Assembly (NCBI GenBank): GCA_963699135.1
Contig: OY969415.1
Coordinates: 1,355,450 to 1,419,449, forward strand
From: an uncultured Armatimonadetes bacterium
Lineage (GTDB): Bacteria; Armatimonadota; Hebobacteria; Hebobacterales; Hebobacteraceae
DNA: 64,000 bases
Direction: 5' to 3'
Under the pieces are notes generated by a model. The model was not told the origin of the DNA. It was given only the letters and a program-made list of their open reading frames with translations, and made no database searches. A program made the translations under genes and the position numbers. Shown in pieces: positions 1 through 11,656 of this stretch; positions within the stretch are counted from its first letter, which is position 1, and every line of letters starts with the position of its first letter.

Positions 1-1948
1 CTCTCCGGTCGGGGCGCTCGCCGGCACCGTAGATCGCCGACTCTTCGGCCACCTCGTCCACCAGCAGATCGCGGATCGCCTTGCGGATGGACTCCGGCGT
101 GATGCCGTGCTCCTCGTTGTACTCCACCTGCCGGCTGCGGCGGCGGTTGGTCTCGTCGATCGCCCGCCGCATGGAGTCGGTCACGTTGTCCGCGTACATG
201 ATGACCTGGCCGCTGCACGTGGCGGGCGGCGCGCCCCATCGTCTGGATCAGCGACATCTCGGAGCGCAGGAAGCCCTCCTTGTCCGCGTCCAGGATCGCC
301 ACCAGGCTGACCTCGGGCAGGTCGAGCCCCTCTCGCAGCAGGTTGATGCCGACCACCACGTCGTACACCCCGAGCCGCAGGTCGCGCAGGATCTCGACGC
401 GCACCAGCGTCTCCACCTCGGAGTGGAGGTAGTGCACCTTGATATCCATCTCCGCCAGGTACTCGGACAGGTCCTCCGCCATCTTCTTCGTGAGCGTGGT
501 GACCAGCGCTCGCTCGCCCCGCTCGACGCGCGCCCTGATCTCGCCGATCAGGTCGTCGATCTGGCCCTTCGTCGGGCCGGACGATGATCTCCGGGTCGAC
601 CAGGCCCGTCGGGCGGATGATCTGCTCGACCACCTGCTGCGGACTGGCGCGGCCTCGTAGGGCCCCGGCGTGGCCGAGGTGAAGATCACCTGGCTGACGC
701 GCTCCTCGAACTCGTCGAAGGTGAGCGGGCGGTTGTCATAGGCCGAAGGCAGCCGGAAGCCGTACTCGCACCAGCGTTATCCTTGCGGGAGCGGTCGCCG
801 CCGTGCTGGCCGGCGATCTGCGGGATCGTCTGGTGGCTCTCGTCGATGATCATCAGGAAGTCGTCCGGGAAGTAGTCCAGCAGCGTGTACGGCGGCTGCC
901 CCGGGCGCGCGGCCGTCGAAGTGCCGGGAGTAGTTCTCGATCCCCTGGCAGTAGCCGATCTCGCGGATCATCTCCATGTCGTAGCGGGTGCGCTGCTCCA
1001 GCCGCTGCGCCTCCAGCAGCATGCCGCGGTCGCTGGAAGTACTTCAGCCGCTCCTCCAGTTCCGCCTCGATGGTCGGCGAGCGCCTGCTCCTGCTGCTCC
1101 AGCGACGGTCACGTAGTGGGAGGCGGGGAAGATCATCGCCCGGTCGCGCTCGTCCTGCGCTTCACCGGTGACCGGGTCGACGGACGAGGATCCGCTCCAC
1201 CTCGTCGCCGAACATCTCGATGCGGGTGATCCGCTCCTCGTCCACCGGGAAGATCTCCAGCACGTCGCCGCGGACCCGGAACGTGCCGCGGGTCAGGTTG
1301 AGGTCGTTGCGCGTCGAACTGCATGTCCACCAGCCGCCGCAGCAGCCGGTCGCGGTCGTAACTCCCGCCGCTTGCTCGCACCTGGAAGGTGAATCGCTCG
1401 TACTCCTCCGGGGAGCCGAGCCCGTAGATGCAGGAGACGCTGGCGACGACGATCACATCCCGGCGCTCGAACAGCGCCTGCGTGGCGAAGTGGCGCAGCC
1501 GGTCGATCTCCTCGTTGATCGAGGAGTCCTTCTCGATGTAGGTGTCGGTCTGCGGGAGGTACGCCTCGGGCTGGTAGTAGTCGTAGTAGGACGACGAAGT
1601 AGTCGACCGCGTTGTCGGGGAAGAACTCGCGGAACTCCCCGCAGAGCTGGGCCGCGAGCGTCTTGTTGTGCGCGATCACCAGCGTCGGGCGCTGCACCCG
1701 CGCGATCACGTTGGCGATGCGTGAACGTCTTGCCCGAGCCGGTCACACCCAGCAGCGTCTGCCGCTTGTGGCCGTCGACGACCCCCTGGGTCAGCTTGCT
1801 CGATCGCCTGCGGCTGATCGCCCTTGGGCTGGTAATCGGAGACCAGCTCGAACTGCTGCGCCACGGCATCTCCCTGCGCGCAGCATCGCCCGCGCTGCGC
1901 CGCACTGCCGACACTATAACATACACACGGGCGTTTGCATAGACCCAT
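1..1948 (-). pseudogene. uvrB: Excinuclease ABC subunit B (UvrB). The C-terminus runs off the window start, and the gene is broken into at least 6 reading-frame segments.
   Basis: The minus-strand ORF fragments 1706-1948, 1453-1926, 1293-1709, 1133-1456, 777-1022 and 181-633 carry successive UvrB motifs in order: [19 protein letters not shown] (Walker A), [71 protein letters not shown] and [12 protein letters not shown]. Each fragment is in a different frame. Confidence 0.8.
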
Positions 1949-2236
1949 CGCGTGGCATGACCGCCACTCCTATGTCACCCCGAGGGAGGCGCTGCCACTG
2001 GGCAGCGGCGACCGTGGGGGTCTCGGCCTGGCCCTCTGAGGAGGGGGTGCCCGCCCGCAATGTCATTCCGAGCCGTCCGCCGAAGGCGGACGAGAGAGGA
2101 ATCCATTCCGGAAGTCGGCGTCCGCCGAGGCGGACGCCACTCCTGCCGTCCCGTAGCGTACCGCAGAGTGGGTCCGCGTGGGCCATTATAGCACGCTCAA
2201 CCGGGGAGAGAGTTCGCTGCGGGCGGCGTCCGGCTA

Positions 2237-4315
2237 CTACTGGCGCGGGGTCAGCTCGAACCAGTAGTGGCGGCCGCCGGAGTAGGTGTAGCCGTAGCCG
2301 AAGGGGCTCAGCCACGGCCGGTCCCCGAAGTCCCCCACGCCTTGCGGCGAGAAGCACAGAGAGGCTTGCATCCGCCCCAGCGCCCGTGCCAGCGAGAACT
2401 TCGTGTTCGCGGCGCCGAAGGACTCGAACCGGGAGAAGAAGTGGTTCATCTCCAGCGACCAGAGCGGCCGCCCCAAGATATCGCGCCCGAGCGGCAGCGG
2501 CTTGCTGAAGAACAGGGATCCGAATCGCCGTCGCCCCGCCAGGTCCTGCGACATGCTCAGGCGCATCACCGCGCCCTTCACCAGAGTGTGGCCGGAAAGG
2601 GTGAAGAGCTGGCGTCCGGTTCTGAAGAGAGAGCCCTGCATCAGGCTGCCGGAGGTGTAGGTGAAGGCGAGCGTGGCGAAGCTGTTCGTGTCGATCCGAT
2701 GATCGAGCAGGAAGCGTCCATCGAGCAGCCCGCGGGAGCCGGTTCCAAGATTCCAGGCATACCCGGTGGTCAGGCCCACGCTGAGGTGGGTGTCGCGCGT
2801 CAGCGTCTTGGTGGGGAAGCTGATGTTGACATCCACGCCGGGCGAGGTCGTGCGCTCCGTCTGCTGGGCGATCACGAGTGGCTCGCCGGTGTCCGGATCG
2901 ATGACCACACCGGAATCCTGGGAGAAGGTGACCGAGTTGCGGAAGCGGAGGGCCGGAGTAACGAGTGCGCCGCCCCCCGACCGAATGCTCTGCAAACGAT
3001 ATTCGGCATCGCTCAGGGTCTGCGCGGAGGCGCCGTAGTCGGAACGCGCTACGGTAAGGGAAAGCCGGCCACTGGACATGGGCCGATAGAAGCCGAAGGT
3101 GTTGGAGCGAAGGCGCGGACCCGATCCCTCGAACTGCACCGAGCTCGCGTCGGCATTCAGGCTCATGCCTCCGCCCAGATCGTGCCGGTGCTCCCACCTC
3201 ATTCCCCGGCCTGGTCGCATCAGGTCATCCAGCTCGAACGCGCCCTCGGTGCGCCCCTCCTGCATGTACTCTTCCCGCATCCCCAACGACCACCCGGGGC
3301 CCCACTGCGATCCGCCCAGAGTCCGGTTGCGACCGAGGTGGAGGGACCCGACGTGGTGGGCATTGGCGCGGTAGTACATGGGGAAATCCAGCGCCACCCC
3401 GGAGGTGGTGCTGAACGCGAGCACCTGGCCGAACACCGCTCCCCCATCCGAGGGATCGAGCACGTGCCGGCGCAGGCTCACCACCTTGGTGTCGTCGACG
3501 TAGAAGGTGGCGTGGTCGAGGATGATCTTCTCCCGGGGGTAGACGATCGCGCGCTTCGCCTTCACCCAAGTGCGCGTCTCCTCGGTCTTCAGTGGGTCCC
3601 ACAGAGCCGCGTCTTCCGACGCGTCGGGAGTCGTAGCAAGCTTCTCGCCCTCCACCGTGAGCCTCTCGGCCGGATCGGCCAGCTTCACCAGCCGGCCCCG
3701 GAGCGCGGTGAGATCGTAGCGCAACGCATCCGCCTGCAAGGTGTGCGCGCCCGACCTGAGAACGACGTTGCCCTGCGCGCATACCAGGCCTGAGTTCATA
3801 TCGTACTGAATGCCGTCGGCGTCGATCTCCATCGCCTGGTGCTTGAGGGCGGCGCGCCAGGTGGCGGCAAACACCTTCTTGTCGGCGCTATAGGCCACCT
3901 CATCGGCCGCCAGCTCGACCACCCGCGAGCCGCGGGCGGCGCTGCCAGGCTCGGCGAGGAATTCCACCTGAATCGTCCGCCTGACCCCGGCGGCGATGGC
4001 GGAGACGACTGCGGTGCCGGCGGCGTTGGAGGCGGTCAGAACTGTCTGGGCAATCCCGCCGACGGTCTGCACGGGCGAGGTGATCTCGCCGAGGGTAGTG
4101 GCGAGGTAGACGGGAGTGCCGTCGGGCGCCGGGCGCCCCATCGCGTCCGCCACCTCGACCAGCACCACGACCGTGCCCTTCCCATCCGCGGGTACGCGGT
4201 CCGGGTCCGCCCGAAGGCGCAGGTTCAGCCCTGGCGCGGCCCAGGCCGCGCCGGAGAAGCCCAGCGCGATGAGGGCGAGAACTGTGAAGGGCCAGCTTGC
4301 GCGGGAGATGCTCAT
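2237..4315 (-). CDS. LptD/OstA-family outer-membrane protein with an N-terminal Ig-like (Big) domain and a C-terminal beta-barrel
   Basis: This is an intact 692-aa ORF. It has an N-terminal signal peptide (FTVLALIALGFSGAAWA). It contains an OstA-N-like segment (AQGNVVLRSGAHTLQADALRYDLTALRG). The C-terminal part is long and Gly/Ser/Thr/aromatic-rich, typical of an OM barrel. Confidence 0.5.
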   Translation of the reverse strand: MSISRASWPFTVLALIALGFSGAAWAAPGLNLRLRADPDRVPADGKGTVVVLVEVADAMGRPAPDGTPVYLATTLGEITSPVQTVGGIAQTVLTASNAAGTAVVSAIAAGVRRTIQVEFLAEPGSAARGSRVVELAADEVAYSADKKVFAATWRAALKHQAMEIDADGIQYDMNSGLVCAQGNVVLRSGAHTLQADALRYDLTALRGRLVKLADPAERLTVEGEKLATTPDASEDAALWDPLKTEETRTWVKAKRAIVYPREKIILDHATFYVDDTKVVSLRRHVLDPSDGGAVFGQVLAFSTTSGVALDFPMYYRANAHHVGSLHLGRNRTLGGSQWGPGWSLGMREEYMQEGRTEGAFELDDLMRPGRGMRWEHRHDLGGGMSLNADASSVQFEGSGPRLRSNTFGFYRPMSSGRLSLTVARSDYGASAQTLSDAEYRLQSIRSGGGALVTPALRFRNSVTFSQDSGVVIDPDTGEPLVIAQQTERTTSPGVDVNISFPTKTLTRDTHLSVGLTTGYAWNLGTGSRGLLDGRFLLDHRIDTNSFATLAFTYTSGSLMQGSLFRTGRQLFTLSGHTLVKGAVMRLSMSQDLAGRRRFGSLFFSKPLPLGRDILGRPLWSLEMNHFFSRFESFGAANTKFSLARALGRMQASLCFSPQGVGDFGDRPWLSPFGYGYTYSGGRHYWFELTPRQ

Positions 4316-4375
4316 TTCGCTCGGGTCAAATGGGGAGACGGGGCCCCGAGGGGGGCCCCGTCAGTGTTCACGTTC

Positions 4376-6344
4376 TCAGTTGGCTCGTAACACCCGGTCT
4401 CCCGTCGGCCCAGGCCGGCTACTGCCGCGCCGTTTCCCGAGGGAGCCTAGTCGACTCACGTCCCTGCTTCGATGCTTGGCAGCATCGAACGTCTGGTTGC
4501 TGGCAAGAGGCAACGGGACCGGATCACCCATCCACACATAGCCATAGTCGTTGAGCAGGTCGAATGGGAAGGGTCGGGGCTGCGTCACATCGGACCGGTT
4601 CCGAAGCCCGATGCGCCACCAGATGAGGTTCGAGGCGGTGCCAGGAAGCTGCGCCTTGAACTCTTTCACCAGGTCGACGGTGAAGGTGTTCTTCCCCGGG
4701 ATCATGCCGGGCACGCGCTTCTCGAAGGTGCGATCTTTGGGGAAGGTTCTATCCGGATCGCGTGCCAACTGCACGATGGCCTCGTCGGCGCCGATTGGAT
4801 CGTAGAGAGAAAAGGTGGCGATATTGGTCGAGGAGACCGCAACGCTGACGGTCTTAGGCGGTGCGACGGCCGTCAGCTTCGCCGTCGGCGGCGAAAACTG
4901 AGTGTCGCGAGCCAGCCGCCACTCAGAGGCCCCGGTGGTCAGCTTGTACTGGAAAGCGACGACCGGCTTGATCTGGTAGTAGTAGGTAAACCCTGGTTGT
5001 AGCCCGCCGTCAAGGAAAGTCCACGTTATCGCCGTGTTCGAGACGACGATACCGAGCGTCCCAGTGCTCGTGGCTCTCGTGAAGGCGAACTGGGGGGAGG
5101 CTTCCGAGGGGTTCTCGATGGTGATGCCGACCGTGAACTGCACCGAGGGCGACATGTCGATGAAATGGTTCTGCGCCAGCAGCTCCATGCCCCCAATGAC
5201 GTTGGTCAGCTGACCGTTCCGGATCACCTCGTAGCCGGCCAGCCGGTTCTTCTCGGTGCCGCTGTATGGGATCCAACTGACGACGACCGCGGGCTGCGCC
5301 GGATCCGAGGAGGCGTATCTCGTGACGATACCGTTCGACAGGTTGCTCGCCTGGAAACCGGGGGCCGCGGTGTCGCCTTCCTTCAGGCCGCTGCTGGTCG
5401 AGGCCAGCTCGGCGACTCCCAGGATCGCGGCTGCGGTCAGGATCAGGTTGTGCGCGCTCTTCCGCTGGCGCTGCGTTCGCTGAGGAGTCGCGGCGGTCGT
5501 GCCGTTAGGGAGCTGGTAGACGGCCCTCAGATGGTCGCCCGTGCGAAGCGGCGGGCCCTGAACGATAGTGGCATAGGAGCCAATCGGGCTCGCCTCGGTG
5601 ATCTCGACCATGCCGATGCGCAGGTTGTCGCGCACCGCCACCATCTTCATGCCTGGCTCGACGCCGGCCCGGCCTCCCACATTGAGGAAGACCGTGGCGT
5701 CACGGGACCACAGCACCATCGCCGTGACCGTGGGCCGCGTCCTCATTTGCTGGACCGCGTCGAAGGCCGCCTGCTGCAAAGCCTTCGTAATCAGCGTATC
5801 ATCGCTCGCCTCGGTCGATGCGGGCCCGCGCGAGGTGATGAGGGCGCCGTTCGTCCCGGCCTGGGCGAGGCGATCGAAGAGCAGCACCGCCAGCGTCACT
5901 TCGCCGTAGCGGCCGTCCTTGCTCTGCACGACGCGCGCAACCCGCACCTGGCCCGTAACCGCCATATTCACTTCCAGCTCGGTGGCGAATCGCGCCAACT
6001 CCTGGTCGGAGAACGGAGGCTTGTATCCGAGGTTGCGAAGCCACATCTCGGAATCGGCCTTGGGGAGGACGTCGAGGTTGAGCCGGTCGCGCAACTCTGT
6101 CGATACCGCGTCGGCCGCCTCTTGCCCAAAGGTCTCCAGTCGGTATCCGCTTCTATTCTCGAACGGCACTACCGCGACAGACTGCGTGGCCGAGGGCCCG
6201 CGTTGACCCCATGCCTCCTGCGGTAGCGATCTGCGCACCTGCCGGTACCGCGCCCAGTGCTAGTAACGCCGCAGAGCAGAGGAAGGCCCCGGTCATGCCG
6301 GGCGCGATTGCTCGGGACACTGCCCCCAGTGAGAACATGCGCAT
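4376..6344 (-). CDS. Secreted/lipoprotein with a TolB-N/LpoB-like N-domain (VAVVPFENRSGY) and Ig/FN3-like C-terminal domains. A probable frameshift lies near 6200.
   Basis: The 620-aa ORF 4376-6238 has no signal peptide. The overlapping out-of-frame ORF 6153-6344 encodes a good signal peptide (MRMFSLGAVSRAIAPGMTGAFLCSAALLALGAVPAGA). I therefore infer a frameshift between the two. Confidence 0.45.
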
Positions 6345-6686
6345 AGTCGGTCGTCTCCTTCGATACGAACTCTAGACCGCCGACGCGAGAATCGAGTCGG
6401 AGGCACTGCCCCCGCTTGCGGCCAGCGATCCGGACGTAAGCCGCGCCCGCCTGCGCGGCTCTACCTCGCGCTTGAACAGCAGACCCCTAACCCTGGGACC
6501 ACCGAGCTAGATACGTCAGGCTGCGTCAAGACCCGCGCCACAGCGACTCGCCAACGCTGCCTCATTCTCGATGCCGTCTTGCAGCGACGGATTCTACCAC
6601 ACGCCCCTATCGTTGTAAAGCAAGCGTTTCGGCCGCCCCGCGGTCCCCGTAACTGCGGCCGGCAACGCGTGGCGCATGGCGCCAAA

Positions 6687-7313
6687 CTAGCGGCGGTCGG
6701 CCGCTAGGCAGCCGGCCGCTTTCTTCACCTCTTCCCAGATGCGATCGAGCTGCCGCTTCGCCGCCTCTAGCCCCTGGGTGGTGTCTACTACCCAGTCGGC
6801 CTGCGGCAACTGCGCGTCCGTGGGCATCTGCGCGGCGATCCGCTGCCTTACCTCCGATTCCGAGAGACCATCGCGAGCCACCACCCGCCGCACTCTCTCG
6901 TCCTCGCTGGCCCACACCACGACCAGGCGGTCGACCAGGCTGCGGCCGCCGACTTCCAGCAGCAGTGGAGCTACCACGCAGGCGATGTCGGTTCCTCCCT
7001 CGCTCCGCAGTCGCTCCAGCCGCTTTCGGACCTCGGCCATGATGGGAGGGTGAGTGAGGGCATTCAGCCTCGCCACCGCCTCGGGATCGCCAAAGACCAT
7101 CCCGGACAGCTTGCGGCGGTCGAGGCTGCCATCGGGCCGTAACACCTCCCGCCCGAAGGCCGTCGCCACCTCTCCCAAAAGAGGAGAGCCCGGGCCCATC
7201 AGATCCCGGGCTACCTCGTCTGCATCGATGACCGCCGCGCCGCGGCTGCGGAGGAACTCCGCCGCTACTGACTTTCCGCTTCCGATTCCGCCGGTGATTC
7301 CGAGGGTGACCAT
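6687..7313 (-). CDS. coaE: Dephospho-CoA kinase
   Basis: 208 aa. It starts with the CoaE P-loop MVTLGITGGIGSGKS and is CoaE-like over its whole length. Confidence 0.85.
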   Translation of the reverse strand: MVTLGITGGIGSGKSVAAEFLRSRGAAVIDADEVARDLMGPGSPLLGEVATAFGREVLRPDGSLDRRKLSGMVFGDPEAVARLNALTHPPIMAEVRKRLERLRSEGGTDIACVVAPLLLEVGGRSLVDRLVVVWASEDERVRRVVARDGLSESEVRQRIAAQMPTDAQLPQADWVVDTTQGLEAAKRQLDRIWEEVKKAAGCLAADRR

Positions 7314-8661
7314 TCCGCGCTCGCAGGCTCAGCCGTCTCGCCTTCGGATTCGCTCGTCTGCTCCAGGCCGGGCTCGCCGACGCCCGCCGCCGCCTGGTCT
7401 TCCTTCGCCCTGGCGTCGGCTTCCGCCGCCGCCTCCTCGAACATGTTGCCGACCAGGTCGCCGATGGTGACTCGGCCGCTGGCCTGCTCCCGATCCATGT
7501 AATCCTTCAGCTCGCGCCGCTCTTGCGCTTGCTGCACTTGTCGCAGGCTCAAGGTCATGCGCCGCTCGGCCGGCCGGATGCTCATGATCTTGGCCTCTAC
7601 CGTCCCGCCCGCGGCCAGCGCATCCTGCGCGCGCTGCCCCCGGCCCCCGGGCAGCTCCGAGTTCGGGATGATCCCCTCGATGCCGCTCTCGAGTCGGACG
7701 AAGGCGCCGAAAGGCACCACCCGCGTCACCGTTCCCGAGACCATCTGGCCGATCTTGAAGGTATCCCGTACCTGCTCCCATGGATCCGGCAGTATTTGCT
7801 TTAGACCGAGCGAGATGCGATTCTGTTCCTTGTCGTGCCGAAGCACGATGACGTCGATCTTGTCTCCGACTTTCACCACGTCGCTCGGGTGGTTGATTCG
7901 CGTCCACGACATCTCGGTGATGTGCAGCAGGCCGTCTACTCCCCCGATATCGACGAACGCGCCGTAATCGGTAAGGCGGCGTACCACGCCCTTGTAGATC
8001 CGGTTCTCTTCGAGGGTGGAGAGGGTCTGATCGCGGCGCTTGCGCCGCTCCTCCTCGACTGCGTCCTTCTGGGAGACGACCACTCGCTTGCGCGCCCGGT
8101 CGACTTCCACGATCTTCACCCGGAGCGACTGCCCCACGAACCGGTCGAGCGCATGCACGTTCTTGGCTCTCACGTGGGAGGCGGGCAGGAAACCACGCAT
8201 CCCCAGGTCGACCACCAGGCCGCCCTTGACGCGGTCGGTCACCATCGCGCTCATGACCTCACCGGTCTCGAACGCATTCGTGAGCCGCTGCCACACGCTC
8301 TCGTAGTCCGCCTTCTTCTTGGAGAGTACGGGGTTGCCCTCGTCGTCCTCCGGCCGGACCACGTAGACGGCGACGCGATCCCCAACCACCAGGGCCTTGC
8401 CCTCTTCGTTGGTGCCGCCGGCCAGCTCTGCGACCGAGATGTGGCCTTCGGATTTGGTGCCTACGTCCACCAGCGCGCCTTGCTCGTCGATGTGTACGAT
8501 CAGCCCTTCGACGATCTGCCCGGCGGCCAATGGGTTTGCGGGCGCTTCGAGCGACTGGGTATCAGGGGCTTCAGCGTTTGCTGTTGGTGTCTCTGGAGTG
8601 GTGTCGTCTGCGGCGGTCTGCTCGGGTCCCGGTGCTTCTTGCACGCTGTCGTGCTCGTCCA
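7265..8661 (-). CDS. rpsA: 30S ribosomal protein S1
   Basis: Contains repeated S1 domains (e.g. GQIVEGLIVHIDEQGALVDVG, GEVMSAMVTDRVKGGLVVDLG). The ORF track extends to 8794, but the likely start is the internal ATG at 8661 (MDEHDS), which is preceded by GAGGAAGG. The C-terminal tail is acidic. Confidence 0.85.
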
Positions 8662-8991
8662 TGATGCAGCCTAACCTTCCTCGCCGGGCCGCACCAGTGC
8701 GAAAAGCAGACCGGGCGCCGGTCCCGCTTCCCTGCCCCTGGAAGAGTCGTGCCTCTTCCCGCTGCCTGCGGCCAAGCATGTGGGAGCGCGGCAAACTACG
8801 GCCGCCTCACCACGCAAAGTCGTGGGCCCGTCAACGAGCCCAGTTTCACGGAACGGACCTCTCGGAAGCTGCTTGCCCCCAACCATCAACCGCTCAGCAG
8901 AACTGGGCGCCCTTCCGTCGGCTCATCCGTGCAGTGTCCCCTTGTTTCGACAGCGCCCTGCGCCTCACCTTCACCCCCCCCAGAGGCTACC

Positions 8992-11656
8992 CTACGCCAC
9001 AGGCGCCATTTGCAGCCAGTTGGAGCCGGCCTTGGTGTCTACCTTCAGGGGCACTTTCAGGTCATAGGCGCGCGACATGCACTCCTCGACGAGCGCCGCC
9101 GTCTGGCGCAGCTCCGGCTCCGGCACTTCCAGCAGCAGCTCATCGTGGACCTGGAGGATCATCTTCGCGCCGAGCCTTTGCGCGATTAGTTGCTCGCTCA
9201 CGCGCAGCATCGCCTGCTTGATGATGTCGGCCGCCGTGCCTTGCATAGGGGTGTTGATCGCCATCCGCTCGGCCGCCGCCCGCAGCGCCGCGTTGCGCGT
9301 GTTCAGCTCCGGCAGGCTTCGCCTGCGGCCGAACAGGGTGCGGACTTCGCCTGTCTCACGCGCCTGCTTGGGCATTTCCTCTATGTACTCACGCACCCTG
9401 GGGAAGCGGGCGAAGTACCGGCTGACATAGCGCGTCGCTTCCTCCCGCGGGAATGCCCATCTCCCGCGCCAGCCGGAAGTCGCTGATCCCGTAGGGGATG
9501 CCGAAGTTCACCATCTTGGCGAAGGCCCGCATCTCCCGCGTGACGTGGTCGCGGTCAACGCTGAAGATCTCCATCGCCGCGGCCAGGTGCAGATCCTCGT
9601 CCTCCTGGAAGACCTGGATCAGGTTCTCGTCGCCGGTGATGTGGGCGAGGATGCGCAGCTCGATCTGCGAGTAGTCGGCGGAGAGCAGCAGATGACCGGG
9701 CAGGCCGGGGACGAAGGCGCGGCGGATCTCCGATCCCAGCTCGCTGCGAATCGGGATGTTCTGAAGGTTCGGATCGCTGCTGCTCAGGCGCCCCGTCGCC
9801 GTCACCGCTTGGTTCAGCGATGTGTGCAGCCGGCCCGTCCCGGGGTTCACCAGCCGCGGCAGCGCGTCCACGTAGGTGGACTTGAGCTTCGTGATCTCCC
9901 GGTACTCCAGAATCCGGGCGACGATCTCCTGCTCCGACAGCCCCGCGAGCACATCGGCGTCTGTCGAGAACCCGGTCTTGGTGCGCTTGGTCTTGTCGGG
10001 CGGCAGCTTCAGCTTCTCGAACAATATCCGCTGGAGCTGCTTGGGCGAGCCGATGGTGAACTCCTCCCCCGCGAGCGCGTAGATGTCCCGCTCCAGCTCG
10101 GTGACTCTCCCGCCGAGGCGGGCCGACAGCGCCTCCAGCGCGGGCACGTCGATGGCGACGCCGATCTGCTCCATCTCCGCCAGCACGGTGACCAGGGGCA
10201 TCTCTAGATCGCCGAAGACACTTCGCAGTTCCAACTGGTCGAGCTGCGGCTGAAGCGTGCTCTGCAGCTCCCGGATCTCGCGCGCCTCGGCGGCCGCCCG
10301 GCTGGGCGCGGACCACTCGCCCAGCGATAGCTCCGCCTGTCCCCCGGTCTGTAGGTGATCGAACGCGGCGGAGTTGAGGTCATGCCTGCGGGCGGGATTC
10401 ACCAGGTAGGAGGCGATCATGGTATCGAAGCTCACGCCGCCGAGCGCTACCCCGCGCCGCGCCAGCAGGATGATGCTGCGCTTCAGGTCGTGGCCCACCT
10501 TGGAGATGGACGGCGACCCCAGCGCGGCCTTCAGCGGCGCCAGCAGCGCGTCGAGTTTGGTCTTGCCTCCGAGCACGATCGCAGGCTGGTCGCCCACCAG
10601 GAAGCAGAGGCCATGCAGTTCCGCCCGCATCGCCGACGCCGGGTCGGCCAGCGGATGCAGGATGAACTCCTGCGCCGTGCCCAGCTCGGCCGCCAGCTTC
10701 TTGGCCTGGTCGACGCGCTCGATCAGCCGGTGCTCTTCGCTCACTTCCACCCGCGCCGGCTCCAGCTTTGGGATCAGCGTGCGGAAGTCGAGGCGGCGGA
10801 AGATCTCCGCCAGGCGCGCCGCCTCCGGGGGACGTCGCCGCAGCGCCTCCTCATCCAGCTCGATTGGCAGATCACGCACGATGATCGTCAGGTCCTTCGA
10901 GCGCCGCGTCAGTTCGGTGTAGGCGGTCAGCGCATCGCCGATGCGCGGCGGCTTCACCTCGTCGGCATGGGCGAGGACGTTCTCCAGGTCGCCATACTTG
11001 ACGACCAGCGCGGCCGCGGTCTTCTCCCCTATCCCCGGCACGCCGGGGATGTTGTCGCTGGTGTCGCCCCGCAGCGCGCGGAAATCCGGCAGGCGCTCGG
11101 GCGGGAAGCCGTATCGCTTCATCACCGCCACGGGATCGTAGATCACGGTGTCGCTTATGCCGCGGCGAGTCATCATCACGGAGACGCGGTCGGACACGAG
11201 TTGGAGTTCGTCGAGATCGCCGGTGACGACCAGCACGCGGCAACCGGCCTGCTCCCCCTTTAGCGAGAGCGTGCCGATGATGTCGTCGGCCTCATAGCGC
11301 TCCATCGAGTAGATGGGGATGTGCATGGCTTCGAGAATCTCGTAGGCCATGCCGATCTGCGGCCCCAACTCCGCCGGCATCTGCTGGCGGGTGGCCTTGT
11401 ACTCGGGGTAGCTCTCGTGCCGGAAGGTGGGAGTGGGGAGATCGAAGGCCACCGCCACCAGATCGGGCTGCTCCTCCTCCAGAATCTTGAGGAGCATGGT
11501 GGTGAAACCATAGGCCCCGTTCGTCACCTCGCCCTTCGCGTTCGTCAGCGGGGGTAGGGCGAAGAACGCGCGGTAAAGCAGGCTGTTGCCGTCGATCAGC
11601 AGCAGCTTGCGAGGCGCGGCATCCGGCGCTGGGTTTTGCTCGGGCGGATCGATCAC
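8992..11656 (-). CDS. polA: DNA polymerase I (5'-3' exonuclease, 3'-5' exonuclease-like and polymerase domains), interrupted by one frameshift near 9415
   Basis: The 755-aa ORF 9389-11656 ends inside the palm domain (..FGIPYGISDFRLAREMGIP). The 134-aa ORF 8992-9396 carries the PolA C-terminus (RAAAERMAINTPMQGTAADIIK..QVHDELLLEV). At the junction the sequence ATTCCCGCGGGAGGAAGCG contains one extra C in a CCC run. Removing it gives an uninterrupted, PolA-like IPREEATRYVSRYFARFPRVREYIEEMPKQ. Confidence 0.85.

Noticed and set aside
2267-3793. Long antisense ORFs opposite real genes. Examples are 2267-3793 (+), 5165-6226 (+), 7835-8674 (+), 10355-11263 (+), 16660-17829 (+), 21729-22772 (-), 23911-25296 (+), 26591-27778 (-), 27682-29046 (-), 35308-36015 (+), 36065-37162 (+), 40990-43461 (+, 823 aa) and 45463-46506 (+).
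   Set aside because: They are shadow ORFs typical of 68% GC DNA. Their translations are Arg/Ala/Gly/Pro-rich low-complexity sequences with no family motifs. Each lies fully inside a gene on the other strand that has strong homology.
8662-8794. N-terminal 44-aa extension of rpsA in the ORF track (MPRSHMLGRRQREEARLFQG..)
   Set aside because: It is Arg/Gly-rich and non-conserved. The internal ATG at 8661 is followed directly by S1-like sequence and has a GAGGAAGG ribosome-binding site.
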